Part shown: positions 26,583 to 40,790 of the stretch, one piece after another
How positions within the stretch are numbered: the first letter of the stretch is position 1
Layout: each line of letters begins with the position of its first letter
From: Vicugna vicugna
Lineage: Eukaryota
Direction of reading: 5' to 3'
Assembly: GCA_013265495.1 (NCBI GenBank)
Contig: MU058213.1
Span: forward strand, 124,001-188,000
Length of the DNA: 64,000 nt
Notes under the pieces: model-generated
What the model was told of the DNA's origin: nothing
The model's database searches: none
What the model saw: only the letters and a program-made list of their open reading frames with translations
Made by a program: the position numbers and the translations under genes

Positions 26583-28837
26583 GTAAGGGGCTGCTGCTCG
26601 GGCTCTGTCCCAGGGTGAATTCGCCCAGGAATGGCTCCGGTTTTTAGTACAAAGGCTCCTCCATGTCTTCTCTGCTTGTCTGCCTTCTGTGCCCATCAGT
26701 TTCGCCACATGTTTTAGAGTTCTGTGCTTGCAACAAGGAGAAAACTGTGCATGTAACCCCGATGTTGGCGAGACCAAATCTGATATCTAAGCAAAAGTAG
26801 CTTAGATAGTTCTAAGGTCTAAGTGTCATGGTTGGATGGAATTAGGATGAAGGAAGCTTCCTTTTTCCAAAGAGCTATTAAATCCAGAACAATATAGAAG
26901 AGGACAAGTAAGCAAGCGATTTCAGATCCCTCCGAGGACAGCAGGCAGAAAGCACAGGCATTTTCTTCAGTCGAGGTAGGGTCACCCTCAGGCCCTTATC
27001 CTAAAACTTTTTGACATGGAATTGAGGCAGATATGGTTGCTGATCTTCTTTTTCTGGTTTCCAGCCCAGGTTAAAAGCAGATAGTTGGTGTCTATGGGGG
27101 AGGAGGTGGGGGCTCAGCGTACCTCAGAAAGACAATACATGGTGGAGAGAGTAGATGCTGGCTGATAGCTGTGGAGGAGGAAGAGGCAGAAGAATTTTAA
27201 AAGCATAGTGCCTTGGAGACCATTTATATCATAAAAATGTTACTATCCTATTAATTTATTCAATAAGCAGTTTTTGAATATCAGAGGACACCATTTATGA
27301 ATTAGGGGCTTTGCCAGTAGCTGGAAATAGGAATATCGAAATGAGTAAGACATGACATCTGTCCTCAAAAAGCTAGGATGATGGATGCTCAGAATAATGA
27401 CCCTGAATCAGTTGCCCCTCCAGCCATCCAAAATTGAGCACCTCCTATTTGCCAGGCACTGTGCTAAGACCAAAGCAGCAAGGAGAGATCAAATTAGGTT
27501 TAGCATCCTTTGTTCCACAAGCAGGAACACTGCTGTGTAAAATACATACAATTTAAGAAGTGTTTTGACAAGATCACATTTATGTGACTATGCTCTGAAA
27601 ATATAAGATCATATTATACTTAGTTATGGGAGAATTCTACATATCCAGAACACCACACTCCCCCAGACCACCAAACACGTGAGGGTGACCACAAACCATT
27701 CAGGAAAGCAACATCTCGGAGTGAACACCAATTCCAGAGGCCAGGCCAGAGCTGAGTGTGTCCCCTGGCTGGAGAGCAGAGAAGGAATAGGAGGGCTGGA
27801 TTGTGTCTGCCCTGCCTAGAGATCTCTGCCCCTTCCAGCGTGGGCTTCGACCCACCCCTAGCCTCTGTGAGCCCTGCTTGCCCATTCTAAAGTGACTAAA
27901 AGGCTTGTTTGGTGCGGCTGAGAAGAGACAGATAAACAGATCTTAGATCACCAGTCATCCCAGGAAGGGAGAGTAGAACCAAAGGGTCGAACATCCCAGC
28001 CTAGCAGCATCTTTATGAAAGTTTCCGGAACCAGTGGCCCCTGCAAAGGGCTGCCCCCACACCAGCCACCTGAAGCTAGAGGTGTGGAGGGATTCCACCT
28101 GCTGATGTGTAGGGAGTTCAACTGTCAGAGCACTCACCCCGGTGAGCCCAGTGGAGTCTCACAGGGCAGGACAGGGAGTATGAGCCTTCATCTGGAAATG
28201 AAGAAACAGACTCAGAGGGTTAAGCTGCCTGCCCAAGGTCGCAAAGCTGGACGGGAGCCCCTGATTTCTTCTGCTCCGCAGAGCAGTGCTTCTCACACCT
28301 GCAAGCAACTTAGGAGGCTTTAAAAAATACAGATGACCAGCTTCCTCCCACATTTCAATCTAACTGATGTGGGGTGGGACCCAAGCATTAGAATTGTATC
28401 TGAGCTCCTTGGAGGATTCTGATAAGCAGTCAGCATTGAGCCCTACCAACATGGGACAGTGAAAAAAGGATGAGCTTAGGAGTGAGGCTCACCTGAGGGT
28501 GAGCTCCGGCTCCACTCCACCAGTGACTTGGGGCAAAGCACTGGACCCCCTGAGACTCGGGTCATTGAGGGGCTACTCACACTATCTCACAGAGTGGTCG
28601 GGAGGAATGCTGGGTAGGAGATGTGGAAAGTCCCTCCCACAGATCCTGGCCCGTGGTTGGAACTCGAGCCCTACTATGGGCCCTCCCTCTGAGCGCGAGG
28701 ACAGCGAACTTGGGAAGGGAACTCAGCGATTCCCCGGGGGTGATCGCTGGCCTCTCCCCCACCTTGTGTGAAACCCATCTCTGCTTGTAGCTCTTTAATC
28801 AATTCCCCCTTCCCTTCTTCTCTCTCTCTTTCTCCAG

Positions 28838-28975
28838 GTGCCAAAGGTGATCAAGGCCCACCTGGCCCACCAGGCCCACCTGGGCCCCCAGGCCCTCCAG
28901 GTCCCCCAGGGCCACCTGGAAGCAGAAGATCCAAAGGCCCTCGGCAACCAAACATGTTCAACGGCCAGTGCCCAG
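28838..28975 (+). CDS. GLDN: Gliomedin coding exon 6 (138 bp; GAKGDQ(GPP)7[19 protein letters not shown])
   Basis: Long CT tract plus ctccag acceptor; CCAG|gtcacc donor; contained in ORF 28768..29136. Confidence 0.93.
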
Positions 28976-29324
28976 GTCACCCACCCCTGCCCCGCAGACC
29001 CACCTCTTCAGTTAATGATCCCAAACTCTCTGGCTTCACCACCAGATATTTTTTAAATAGAAGGAGATTTTGCCTGGAGCGAGTGTTCCCTTTGATACAC
29101 ACTCCTGGGAGGCCCAAGCAGTCAGCCTGGGGATGAGGACTGGTGGCAGGTTTAGAATGGGGCCTCCCAGCCTTCCCCATCTGTCTTACTTACCACCAGA
29201 CAGTCACTCTTCCTTGCCAGGTCCACCATCGCTGGAGGGATGCCAGGGAGACAGAGACACCGGGGGCATTGGATTGGCTAACTCCCCACACACACCCCAG
29301 TACCACCATCCCCACCACTAACAT

Positions 29325-29530
29325 CTGAGTGCTAACAGTGTTCCAGGCACAGCGCTAAGTGCTTAGTTCATTTAATTCTACAACAGTCCTATGACATAGG
29401 AGCCACATTGTTACCAATTTACCGGATCAAAGCTGGAACCCCAGGGAGCTACACAGCCTGCCCAATGGGGTCACTTAGTGGATGAGCTGCAGAGCTAGGA
29501 TTCAAACCCAGGTCTGCCTGCCCGTAAAGT
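29325..29530 (-). mobile_element. MIR SINE remnant
   Basis: ccaggcacagcgctaagtgct...catttaattctacaacagtcctatga...agagctaggattcaaacccaggtctg. Confidence 0.7.
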
Positions 29531-31526
29531 CCCTGCTTAGGGCATCTTCTTTTTCCGGAGATGGAAATTCACACTTTGAGAATAAGCCAGCCGAGGGCAG
29601 GTGGCCACAGTGTTGAAAGCTAACTGGAAATCAAGGGCCATATTAATGGGAAACTGGAACTTCTCCCCACAGTGGTGGCCAGGGACTTGTTCACCTCACT
29701 TAGGCCGTGAGGAGACACAGCTTGATGCCTTTCTTCCCGCATCAGAGAATAGGGTCCTGACTCGAGTTTCTTTCTCAGTTGCTGTGGATTTCACTGCCAC
29801 TTTCCCAAACAATCTTTAGTTCTGTTTGTTGCACTGTTCTTTCTGGAAGACATTTTGGGGGCACACACGCAGCTGTCAGAATGGGTAAATCTGAGCTTTC
29901 AAAGGTATCGCCCCCCCACTCCACCCCCAGTAAACAGAGCCTGACTATCATCCTGCCCAGCAGGACATTAAATTACAGGGGAGCTGCTCCTTCTCTGGAT
30001 TCAGCGCCCCCTCCATTTGCATCAGCCCTCAGTTCAGCTCCCCAGACTGTGAACGGGGCCTGGGCCTGAGAGAAGGGGAGGTCTGACCCCACTTTGGCAG
30101 AATTCTAGTTTGCCAGAGGCTCTTTCAGCCAGTGAACGAGACTGCGGGGGGCTGGAGAGGTGCTCTCCTCCGCCTAGCCTGTCCACTGAGGCTGGTCTGC
30201 AGGGGTCGGGCCCCAGAGTTGTGAGAACCGCTTTAAATGAGAGGCCAGTATCTTCCACGCTGCCTCCTAGAAATGAGTCCTCGTTGCCAGGCATCCTGCA
30301 TCTGGACTTGGCCTCTCTCCTGCTCAGAGTCCATTTCTTCAACCTCCCCTCCTACCCCCACAGCTTTAGAAGCAGAACACAAATTAATGAGGATCTTTTC
30401 CTCAGAACAGGAGGGTCTCTCTGTCCCTTTCTTGTGTGAACCCCAAGCCCCTAGTGGAAACTCCAGGTGAAACTCAGGGCAGCAGTGTTGCACGTGGGGG
30501 AATCTAATAGACCCCTTCGGGCGACGGAGGACTTCAGAGACACAGGCTCGTCCAGCTACAAGATTAGAGGCACCGGAGGGTCCTGCTCCCTTATCGTACT
30601 GATAAAGAAACCCTTCTAGTTTGTTCTGGGAGTTTCCCTAGTGACCGTGGAGATGCTTCTTTTTATCTAGCAACTGCAAGGTGATTTGAAACCCTCAGAA
30701 TTTGTCCAGGGAAGTGGGTCTTACCTTTCCCAGGAAGCCCGATTTGCCCTGCCCTGTCCCCAGGAGGGGGTTCCTTCCCCCCGAGCCAGCCCACTCCCTC
30801 TCACTGGCCACGTTCCTCCTTTCTGTCTCCTGTCCTGCTTCTGCCACCCCAAGCCACCTCTCCGCCAAAGGTCTGAACTAAACACTGAGGAGAACGGTGA
30901 CAAGCCAAGGAGGGTGAATTCCAACTCAGGTCTAGCCTCAAGCCAGCAGGGAATCAGGCAGCCCTCAACAACCTGGGTCCCACAGGTCTTCAAGCAGAGA
31001 GACAGGTGGGAAATGGCGGGGAGGGGCTCAAACATCTCTGGGCCTGGCTGCCTCTAGGCTCCTTCTCTGAGATTCTGCTCCAGTGGACCACCCCATCATG
31101 AGGCTGCTCCCTCACTTCTCCCTGTCAGTTTCCCTGAAAGTGAAAATCTCTCCAGAAAAAATACGAACTGTGCTGATGATCCCATCTGCTCAGAGAGGCC
31201 AGGAATGTGCCCGTAAGCCTCTCTCTCCCCCAGGTGGCTGAGGACTTGGATGCTGACCCTGGCAACTTTTTCCTTTGACTGACATCCTCTTTAGATCGTA
31301 CTATCTTAGCAGCTGTGGTCATGGAACTCTTTCTGGGAATTCACCAAGCAGGGGGAAGAAACTGAGAGTGTGTGATGTTGCTTAAAAGCAAAAACTTACA
31401 TCCCTACTGTAAGGGATGCTTCTGGGACTGGAGTCTGGAATGGGGTGGGGGGAAAGCACCAGTTTCTAAAGTTAGACAAGTCTCACTGTGCCAGCTGCAT
31501 CTGCTCTGATGGCTGTTGTTTTTTAG

Positions 31527-31604
31527 GTGAGACGTGTGCGATACCTAATGATGATACCTTGGCTGGAAAAGCTGATGAGAAAGTCAGTGAACACCCACAA
31601 GCAG
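31527..31604 (+). CDS. GLDN: Gliomedin coding exon 7 (78 bp; [26 protein letters not shown])
   Basis: ttttag acceptor, GCAG|gtacag donor; includes the AIPNDDT linker before the olfactomedin domain. Confidence 0.93.
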
Positions 31605-31662
31605 GTACAGAAACAAAGCGTCCTGTTTTGAAATTCAGAAACCAGATTCCTTAAAGTCATAA

Positions 31663-31965
<303 letters not shown>

Positions 31966-32833
31966 TGAGTAGGCGGAATACTTATCTCAGTTGAGCACAC
32001 TGGTGATAAGCCTTGCAGTTCAGATGACAGGGACATGACCAGGGCACCCCTCTGTGTGGCTTATCCAATTTTTGGCAAAGTATCCAGAAGGAAACAAAAG
32101 AGCGATACGACTGACGGCTTCATAAACCCCAAAACCATGATCTGGAAGAAATGTCAGAGGCCCATTCTTTTTGCATGGGCTATCTTTCCCCTTTAAGGGG
32201 AGTACTTTCAGCCAGCTGTCTCAGATGTCTGTGGGGAGATAGCCCAGGGGAGAGGGGAAGGGCCATCTGGCAGAGCTGCTGCATCAGAGCACAAGCCTAG
32301 TCATGCTGCCCCAGAGGGAGGTGGTCAGGGATTGCCCACAGTGGGAGCAGTGGCCCCACTCCAGGAGAGGCCAAGCCGTACCCACTGGTCAGAGCAGTAG
32401 CTGGTATACGGGGCTTCATCAAGGCTCACTTGTCAGCGAGTGGTAACTGCCCAGATGACCAGCTGAGGATTCTGTGGCTCAAAAGGAAAAAGGAAGACGG
32501 TGAGCAGCATGGCTGCCATGGGGGGCAGGAGGTGCCGGCACAAATGCCCAATGTTTGCTCTTCCTGATTTCTGCCTAGGTCAGTTTGAGAGAAAATTCTA
32601 TGGGAGGGGGTGATACTGTTTTCCTGGGAGGAGCAAAAGCAACTCCGTGGCTACGATGTTCAAAGGACAGTTCAGGAATACATAGAAGAGAATTGACCTT
32701 TGAGTTTGGGAGTTTGGGACTCTTGAAGCAAGGACCCTTACAGGACATCTCACTCTCAACTTCCCTCCTTTTACCTTCCTCTCCTGACTTACTGCCAAGC
32801 TCTGATTGCCTCTCCCTGGCTTCCTTCCTGCAG

Positions 32834-32984
32834 GCATCAGGGTGAAGGAATTCGAAGACCAGCCGTCACTGCTGAACGGCAGTTACACACTCATCCACCT
32901 CCCGTATTATTTCCACGGCTGCGGGCACACGGTCCACAACAACTCTCTCTACTACCACAAAGGAGGCTCCAACACCATCGTGAG
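32834..32984 (+). CDS. GLDN: Gliomedin coding exon 9 (151 bp; [51 protein letters not shown])
   Basis: ctgcag acceptor, GTGAG|gtgagg donor; olfactomedin GxGHxVxNNSLYY motif. Confidence 0.95.
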
Positions 32985-33736
32985 GTGAGGCACTCAGGGC
33001 CCCAGCCGCCCTCCTCCCTGCCCCGCAGCACCTTCCCATGCATCCCAGCCGGCACCTGCTGGGTGGCGCTTTAGTTACCCTTTGGTTACTTAGCGGAAGG
33101 GACTGTGGTTCCACCAACTTCCTGTCCCCAGGGCCTGGCACACAGCCCAAGGGCAGTCAGGGTTTGCTGGACCACAGGCCATGCCGAGTGGTCCCCCCCC
33201 ATATCTGCATTTATGGCTGGTCTGGACCCAAGAGTAGCCAGAGCCAGAGAGAAGTAAGCCTCCCAGCTTATCTTTATCTAGGCCTGCTGTTACATGGGGT
33301 GCTGGGAGGGGAGTTCAGGGCTGAATGAGCCCCAGAGGAGGACTGGCCACCCTAAGAAAGAGTGGCCTCTAATGACACTAAGCTTGCATGAGGCACTGGT
33401 TAGGAGACCCGGGCCAGGGCCCTACTCCAGCCCAGGCCAGAGGCTGGAGGAGGAGGAGACGCAGCCTAGAATTAGACCCTGTTTTGCTGGGAGAGACAAG
33501 CCTTATCCAGGAATGCAGCTGGAGGTGCCAGGACCGGACAGGGACCCAGTGGGAGTCCTGAATCCTGGGCATTCAGAGTAAGAACCCCGAGAGCTGAGAT
33601 GGGCGAGCGGGGCTGTCTCTAGCCCTCACTCTTGTTTAGGTTCTTTTCCAGCTTGCTTCAGAGTTTCTTAAGGGTTCATTACGCTCCGGTGCATTCCTGC
33701 TGCTTCACACCCTTTGCGTTTCTTCTGTGTCTCAAT

Positions 33737-33751
33737 GGCGCCCTCTAGTGC
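33737..33751 (-). promoter_or_regulatory. Candidate CTCF-binding motif
   Basis: Minus strand reads GCACTAGAGGGCGCC. Confidence 0.4.
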
Positions 33752-34315
33752 TTTTCTTCTCTCAAGTCCCTGAATTTTCATTCCTGCAATTGACTCAGAA
33801 TCCACTTTGGTTATCCATCTAAATTTGGAGTCTGCCAAATCAGATAGCCTCAGGGGGGCTGAGGGCCATGGGGTCCCATGCCATTGCTTCATTGATCCAG
33901 TCACTTACCAGACAAGACAAATGACTTTACAGCCATGACTTAGCTACTTTGCTTCTCAGCTCCTGACTTCCTTCATATGGAGACTGCTGTGAAATTTTTG
34001 TCTGAAAACTCCAGCTTAGAGTAAAGGAAGAACCCCCAAACTTGGAGGTCAGAAGCCTGAGTTTAAACTCTGGCTCTGCCACTTCTCTGTATTCCTGGGC
34101 CAGTCACGTCTTTTCTCATTCATAAAATGAAAGCAGTGGACTAGTTCCTCCTTTAAGGCCCCTTGCAGCTTTGAGAGGGCATTTCAGGAGGTCAGCAAAC
34201 ACCTGAGGATTCAGAAGGATAGGGAATTTTACTGAGGTCACACTTAGATGTAGTCACTGTCCTTTACACCCCTGCTGCCCATAGCACTGGAGCAGGACCA
34301 GGAGAATGGGCGTGA

Positions 34316-34912
<597 letters not shown>

Positions 34913-35773
34913 TGGGATACATTCTCTTCCCCTCAGTAAATTTCAGATGTTCTCTGGCACCATTTATACCCCAACAGGAAACTTGCCTTTAAGAATAGCC
35001 AGGTAACTTATCTGTCATAATCTCATGACATGGGTGTTTATGTGATTAGTGACCACCCCCTCCTTTAAATTCAGATTCTGTAGGGGAAAATAACAGATTG
35101 GAAATCAAAATGGCTGAGATTGGGTGATTCTTTCCTAAACTAGCTGAGCAAGTTCTCTCTCCCTCTCTGGGTCTTGTTTCCCCCACTGTTAATATGAAAT
35201 GGCTGGCTAAGATGATTGGGTAAGTTCTCCGCTACCTGGAGGGAATCCTGTGATTCTTAGCTGTTGCTGCTCTCCCAACTTTTATCTGTTTGGTTTTTCC
35301 TGGCTTTTAGCCCAGGCTGAGTTGATCATTCCGATTGCTTGAGTAATGAACTCCTTAGTGCTGACTTAACATTTAGTGCCTTGGAAGCTGCGCTGGCCCT
35401 TTAAGGCTACTGAGGTCCCTTATTATCCCTAATTTATTCTGTTTCTCTGCATCTGCACCTGCCACCTCAGCGCCAGAATGGCCATTATCCTCAGCTCCTG
35501 ATTATCACTCCTAGATTAGCAAAAACCGACAACAGCTAGATGCTCGTGCTTCCCAGCGAAATAGAACAGGCCCTTCCAGGCTTCTCTCAATTTCTGATCA
35601 TGCTGATTGGCAGCTGTGGGTCGTCAAGAGCAACCCCTCAGGTCTCGCGGGCTGCTTCCGCCATGGCCCGGACCTGCTGTCAAGAGTACCCTGTAGACTG
35701 TGCGGGGGCATTACTCTGGCGAGAACTCTGGGAAGCGCTTTGCCGTTTTCAGAGAGGCACCATCTGTATAGAA

Positions 35774-35905
35774 CAGGGAGGAGCAAACTGTGGCCCTCGG
35801 GCCAAAGCCAGCCCACTGCCTGTTTTTGTAAATCAAGTTTTATTCAACACAGTCACGGGCATTTGGTTGTGTATTACAGTCCGGGACTACTTCTGCTCTC
35901 CGCTG
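35774..35905 (+). mobile_element. MER58A-like DNA transposon fragment in the 3' UTR
   Basis: gcaaactgtggccctcgggccaaagccagcccactgcctgtttttgtaaatcaagttttatt. Confidence 0.75.
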
Positions 35906-37364
35906 GCGGGCTTGTCCGCTGGCCGCCCTCACTGAGTACTGTGTGTGCAGGGGAGGCTGTCCCACTGGGGCCAAGGTGATTCTCAGTGGCCTGAGTCCTG
36001 GTTTTATACTTTATTAACAGAAGCATTTTGAACTTAAAGAACGTACAGATTTAAATATTTAAATCTCCCCACCCCCTGAATAAACCTAGGCAGCTATTAG
36101 GGAATTTATTGTTGTGTTCTCAAAATCATGAGTATTTGAAACTTTGCCCCCCAAGTTTTTAATTAGATTGGTTATGTCATTGTAATCACAGCTTTCAAAA
36201 AAATAGTCTTTTCAGATTCATGTTTTGTAACAAAGTAAAATAGAATTTCATGGTTGAGATCAATGTGTCTAATGAATGCTAGTTAGTCTTCTTTTAAAAG
36301 TATTTAAAAATATGCATTGCTGTTTCTGGACCCAGGGGACCTGAATATGAGTATAATTTCATAGTGATGGTGGTAACAGGAATACATACAACAGTAATTG
36401 TATATATGGTAGCAACCAAAAGAAGTTAGTTATTGAATTAGCCCACATTGCTTTTAGAAAAAAAGCTTTAGAAACCTCAGTTCTTGATATTTGAGCTATC
36501 TTGGCTCCTTTAATTATTGATAAGGAACCTTATACTTACTATTAGAGAAACTCATACTGGAATTTTTCTCTTTGTTTTGCTTTGCTATGGCAGAGTAATA
36601 TAAGGACAACTGAGTTTGACCAACAAACAAAAATTAGTAATTTCCAAATATGGTTGAAAAAACTTCTTTACTAAGTGCAAAGAATTAAGATTTTACTCAT
36701 TCTTTCCTGCAAACAGTGCTTGATTAAAAAAAAATATTTGTGCTCACTGCTAATTAGAATATACCGCCTAATGGTTTTAAGTCAAGGTATCATTTTAGCA
36801 GTTTACATTATCACTTATAACCAAAGTTACTTAGAGGCACTTTCCAAATATCCGCACTTTTGATGTTAGAATCAAATCAGATAATTCTCTAACTCTTCTC
36901 TAAAGTAGATAGCTTCCCACCAGAAAGTAAAGAAAACCATCCCTTCCAGCCTCAAAGGTGAGTGGACCCTATTTCAAAGCATTTTCTTTGAAACTGATAA
37001 TGTGTCCTGTTGAAGCCATGTGGGTGATTACGGTCTCAGCGTATCACTAAGCACAGGTGTTATGACAGAGAAAGAGTCCTGGCGGGGAAGATTTAAAATG
37101 AGGAGTTCTGATCTTAGGCACCTCCGCGGTCTTACTACCTTCCAACATGGCAAGGTGAAAAATCAAACGAGACACCAAAATTCTTGAAGAACCAGGGGTC
37201 ATTTTTCAACTGCACAGACTACATTTTGGCTGTGACTGTCTGATAGCAAAACACCTGAAGAAGGTCATGATAGGGCTTTCTAGTTTTCATCCAGCTGCTG
37301 TGAGCTGGCATGTCACACCATTAAAAGCCATGATTTCCAGTTTGTAACCACAGACTCTGAACTC

Positions 37365-37460
37365 TTTTTTTTTTTTTTTTTTCGGAGGAGTTTCCAGGGA
37401 GTGAACCCAGGACCTCATGCATGCTAAGCATGTCCTCTACCACTGAGCTATACCCTCCCC
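37365..37460 (-). mobile_element. tRNA-derived SINE (camelid Vic-1-like), antisense, in the GLDN 3' UTR
   Basis: Minus strand ggggagggtatagctcagtggtagag...gggttcactccc with A/B boxes and poly(A) tail; tctgaact repeated on both sides. Confidence 0.85.
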
Positions 37461-37535
37461 TGGTTCTGAACTATTCTGAACAAATGAATCATGGTGAATG
37501 TCTCTTTTGGGGTTGTAATTTAATGTTAATTAGTC

Positions 37536-37541
37536 AATAAA
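37536..37541 (+). terminator. Candidate distal polyadenylation signal AATAAA
   Basis: Canonical hexamer preceded by UGUA/U-rich sequence (ttgtaatttaatg), with CA dinucleotides ~20 nt downstream. Confidence 0.55.
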
Positions 37542-38779
37542 GATAATCATTGCTGAACACAGTCACATGCTGAAACAAGTATACTGATATTTTTACCTGT
37601 TGTTAATTTATGCGTAACATTTAAAAGGAAAAATAACAACCCAAAACCAATACTGTGGTAGAATATTTGTTGCGCCTCTGTTGAGACTCTCAGTTGGCTA
37701 GCTCCTGATGAATACTGGAAAAGTCATTGATACGGACTATGTTTTCTCTATAGGAAAACATGAAAAATGTAAAACTAGTAACGAAAACTAGATACTTACA
37801 GACGTAATGCAATGAAAATTTGCTAATTTATTGGCATAGGAATGGCAACTGAAAAGGTCATGACATTTTGGGTTAAAAATAATGAACAGATTTTTAAAAT
37901 TGGATTTGTGTGAATTTGGGTAAGTTTCAATCTCTCAGAGCCTCAGGTTCATCTGTAAAATGTGAACAGTGGTATTACTTACCTCCTTTAATTTTTCTAT
38001 GTGAAAAGAGAAATACTCTAAAAATTATATGATTCTTGATAAATTGTAATTGCTACTTTTATAATTCATCCCTACAAGGAGCCAGAGTGACCCTGTTATT
38101 CTTACAGCCTTATTCAAATGCTGCAAAAAAACCAAACCAAAACAAAACAAAACACCTGCAACAATGAGTGGGGCACAGCGTCAACAGTTTCTATGTACTG
38201 GTCTGTTGGAGCAGGTAGTTAAGACTTCACATCACCAAAAAAAATGGTGCCTTAGTCATACAACAAATTTACAATAAAACTGCCCCTCAATATAATGAAA
38301 AAACAGTTCAAGGACCTGCTGCCTTGACCTATAGAGTCTTTATAACCAACCCTAGAAGTATCTCTGTTCCTGGAAGGCTCAGGCATGCATTGCTGATGAC
38401 TTTTGTCATTAAAATAATATAAAGCAAAAAAAAAAGTTTATAAATAAAACTCCACGAAGAAAATAGTCTTGCCCATTTAACTGAACCGTTCAGACCTTGC
38501 ATGGGATGTTAACACACCCAACCTTGCAGACATTCACTGTAAAATTTAAAATAAGAAACTAACCTGTCTCACTACTTTTCCCTCCAAGCCATCTGCCATG
38601 AGCAGCCCCCAAAACTGAGCTACTTGAAAAGTGGCAGTTAAAACTACTTCCTAAAATCCAAAAAATGAATTCTGAAATTGATAAATTCTTGTGTCTAGCA
38701 ATCTGTCATTGTCAGTGTCCCAAACTTATTTGCCAAGAGGCCACATACCCAATCCCAGGATTATAAAAGGTCAACACCA

Positions 38780-39600
38780 GATAGAACCTTTCCAGAACTT
38801 TCTGCTCTGGTGCTGGGGGTGCTATTCCATTTCACCGTCAGCTGTCAGCCCTTTCAGGAATTGCCTCGTCCAGCGAGACCTGTTTTACCAGGAACGTACT
38901 CCCTCATCAATGGACGGATCAGTGTGAGTATAAAGCCTGAACACAGCCCAACTTGGAGCTACCCTGCAGGGCCATTCTAGTACCAGACACCCCCATGGCT
39001 CAGCCACGTCTGTCACTGGGCCCATATCACAACTGATTTTTCCTTCTGCCCTCCTGCTTCCTTCTCCTCCCTTTCAAAAGTATTGATCCTAAGAGTGCTC
39101 TTTAATGGCCTCCTGCTGGCTAAACACCATCTCAGAATTTGCTTCCCCTGGAACCCAACCTGGTGTTCCACTGGGGGTAAACTGGGATGGGATGGCAGTG
39201 GAAAGGAACACATCAGCTAATGTTACACATTAGGTGCTGGAGAATTAAGGAGAAATAGGGGCGAGAAGGATAATCAGGGACTAAAAGGAAATCAGGTGGC
39301 TATGGCTAAGCTTGATTGACTCTTTCGAAAATGATAATAAAAAGCTGAAAGCAATTAATGGCCAACTGAAAGCTATTTGGGAACGCCCAGGGCCTCCTTA
39401 GCAGCATACAGCTCTCGACTCCAGCAGGAGAAGGACGGAGAAAGCTGAGGTGGACCCTGGACTTGAAGACCAGCTCCAAAGAAGCGTTTTGCAAGTTCCA
39501 AAGAAGGCTGAAGTCCCAGCAGAAGAAGATCGCTATCCCAAGGTGAGGACCTGGTCAGGGAAAGGTTGGGGGTTTGATTATGGGATGGCGATATTTGGGT
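38780..39600 (+). mobile_element. Ancient ERVL-type LTR (LTR16/LTR33-like) with adjacent internal remnant
   Basis: LTR end phrase catctcagaatttgcttcccctggaacccaacc near 39130-39160; boundaries approximate. Confidence 0.5.
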
Positions 39601-39679
39601 TGACTGTTTCCAAGCTGTGGTTTGTGTAGCTTGTGGTCATCTAGAGATAAAGGGGAAATTCAAGGACGAGTTAAATCTA

Positions 39680-39985
39680 GCTTGTTGGCAAATTTTTTTC
39701 TGCGAAAGGCCTGATAATAAATATTTTAGGCTTTGTGGGCCCCATGGTTTTTGTTTCAGCTACTGAACTCTGCTTTTGTGGCTGAAATAATCAACAGTGA
39801 GTGAGCAGGGTTGAATGCCAATAAAACTTACCTAGGGATGCTAAAGTTTGGATTTTGTCATTTTCATGTGTCACAAAATGTTTTTTTTAACTACTTAAAA
39901 ATGTAAAAACCATTCTTAGTTTGCAGACTGCACAAAAACAGGTGTGGGCTGGATTCTACCTACAGGCCGGTTTGCTGCACCCTGG
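39680..39985. mobile_element. MER58B-like DNA transposon
   Basis: ttggcaaattttttt...aaatattttaggctttgtgggcc...ggccggtttgctgcaccctg. Confidence 0.7.
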
Positions 39986-40790
39986 TGTGATCTTGTGATT
40001 TATAATAAGAAATATATAGGTCTTTGTCTCCTTTTCTGGCACAGACCTCCTAGAACCCTTAGAAGTCCTGTGATGAGAGCCAAAAGAAGTGTCTTTGGCT
40101 GTTCATGAAGTGGCTTCTGGAAAGCCCGTAGGTAATGTTAGCATGGGGGCTGGCTGCCAGCCACAGTTAGAGGGTTGGAACTTAAAGTCCCACTCCAACC
40201 GTCAGGGAGGGGAGAGGGGCTAGAGGCTGAATCAGTCACCTGCATCCAATGATTTTTAATCAATCGTACCTATATAATGAAGTCTCCATAAAACCCCAAT
40301 AGGACAGAGTTTGGAGAGCTTCTGGGTTGGTAAACATGTGGCAATGTGGGGAGAGCGGTGCCCTCCAAGAGGGCATAGAAGCTCCATGCCCTTTTCCCAT
40401 ACCTTGTCATGTGCATCTCTTCCACCTGGTTGTTCCTGGCTTACATTCTTTTATAATTAACCAGCGATCTAGCAAAGTAGAATGTTTCTCTGAGTTCTGT
40501 GCGATGCTATAGCAAATTAATTGAAACCAAGAAGGAAATGGTTGAAACTTCTGATCTATAGTTGGTCAGAAGCATGGGTGACAACCTGGACTTGCAATTG
40601 GCATTTGAAGCAGGGACAGTCTTGTGGGACTGAGCCCTTAGCCTGTGGGATCTGATGCTGTCTTCAGACGGATAGTGTCAGAGTTGAGTTGAATTTTAAG
40701 ACACCGACTAATAGCCAAGAATTGCTTAGTGGGAGAAAACTGGTCTGACACATCTGGTGTCAGAAGTGTTGTGTGTCCTAGTGTGAAAGC
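39986..40790 (+). mobile_element. Solo LTR (MER21-like)
   Basis: ttctctgagttctgtg...ctatagcaaattaattgaa...cttgtgggactgagccctta...tggtgtcagaagtg resembles the MER21 family. Confidence 0.6.

Larger units (their letters stand above)
34913..37565 (+). other. GLDN: Probable GLDN 3' UTR
   Basis: Follows the stop codon; AU-rich; candidate AATAAA at 36079-36084 and 37536-37541; true 3' end not determinable from sequence alone. Confidence 0.55.

Noticed and set aside
28856..28920. 9-bp periodic repeat as a CRISPR-like or tandem array
   Set aside because: These are Gly-Pro-Pro codons of GLDN exon 6
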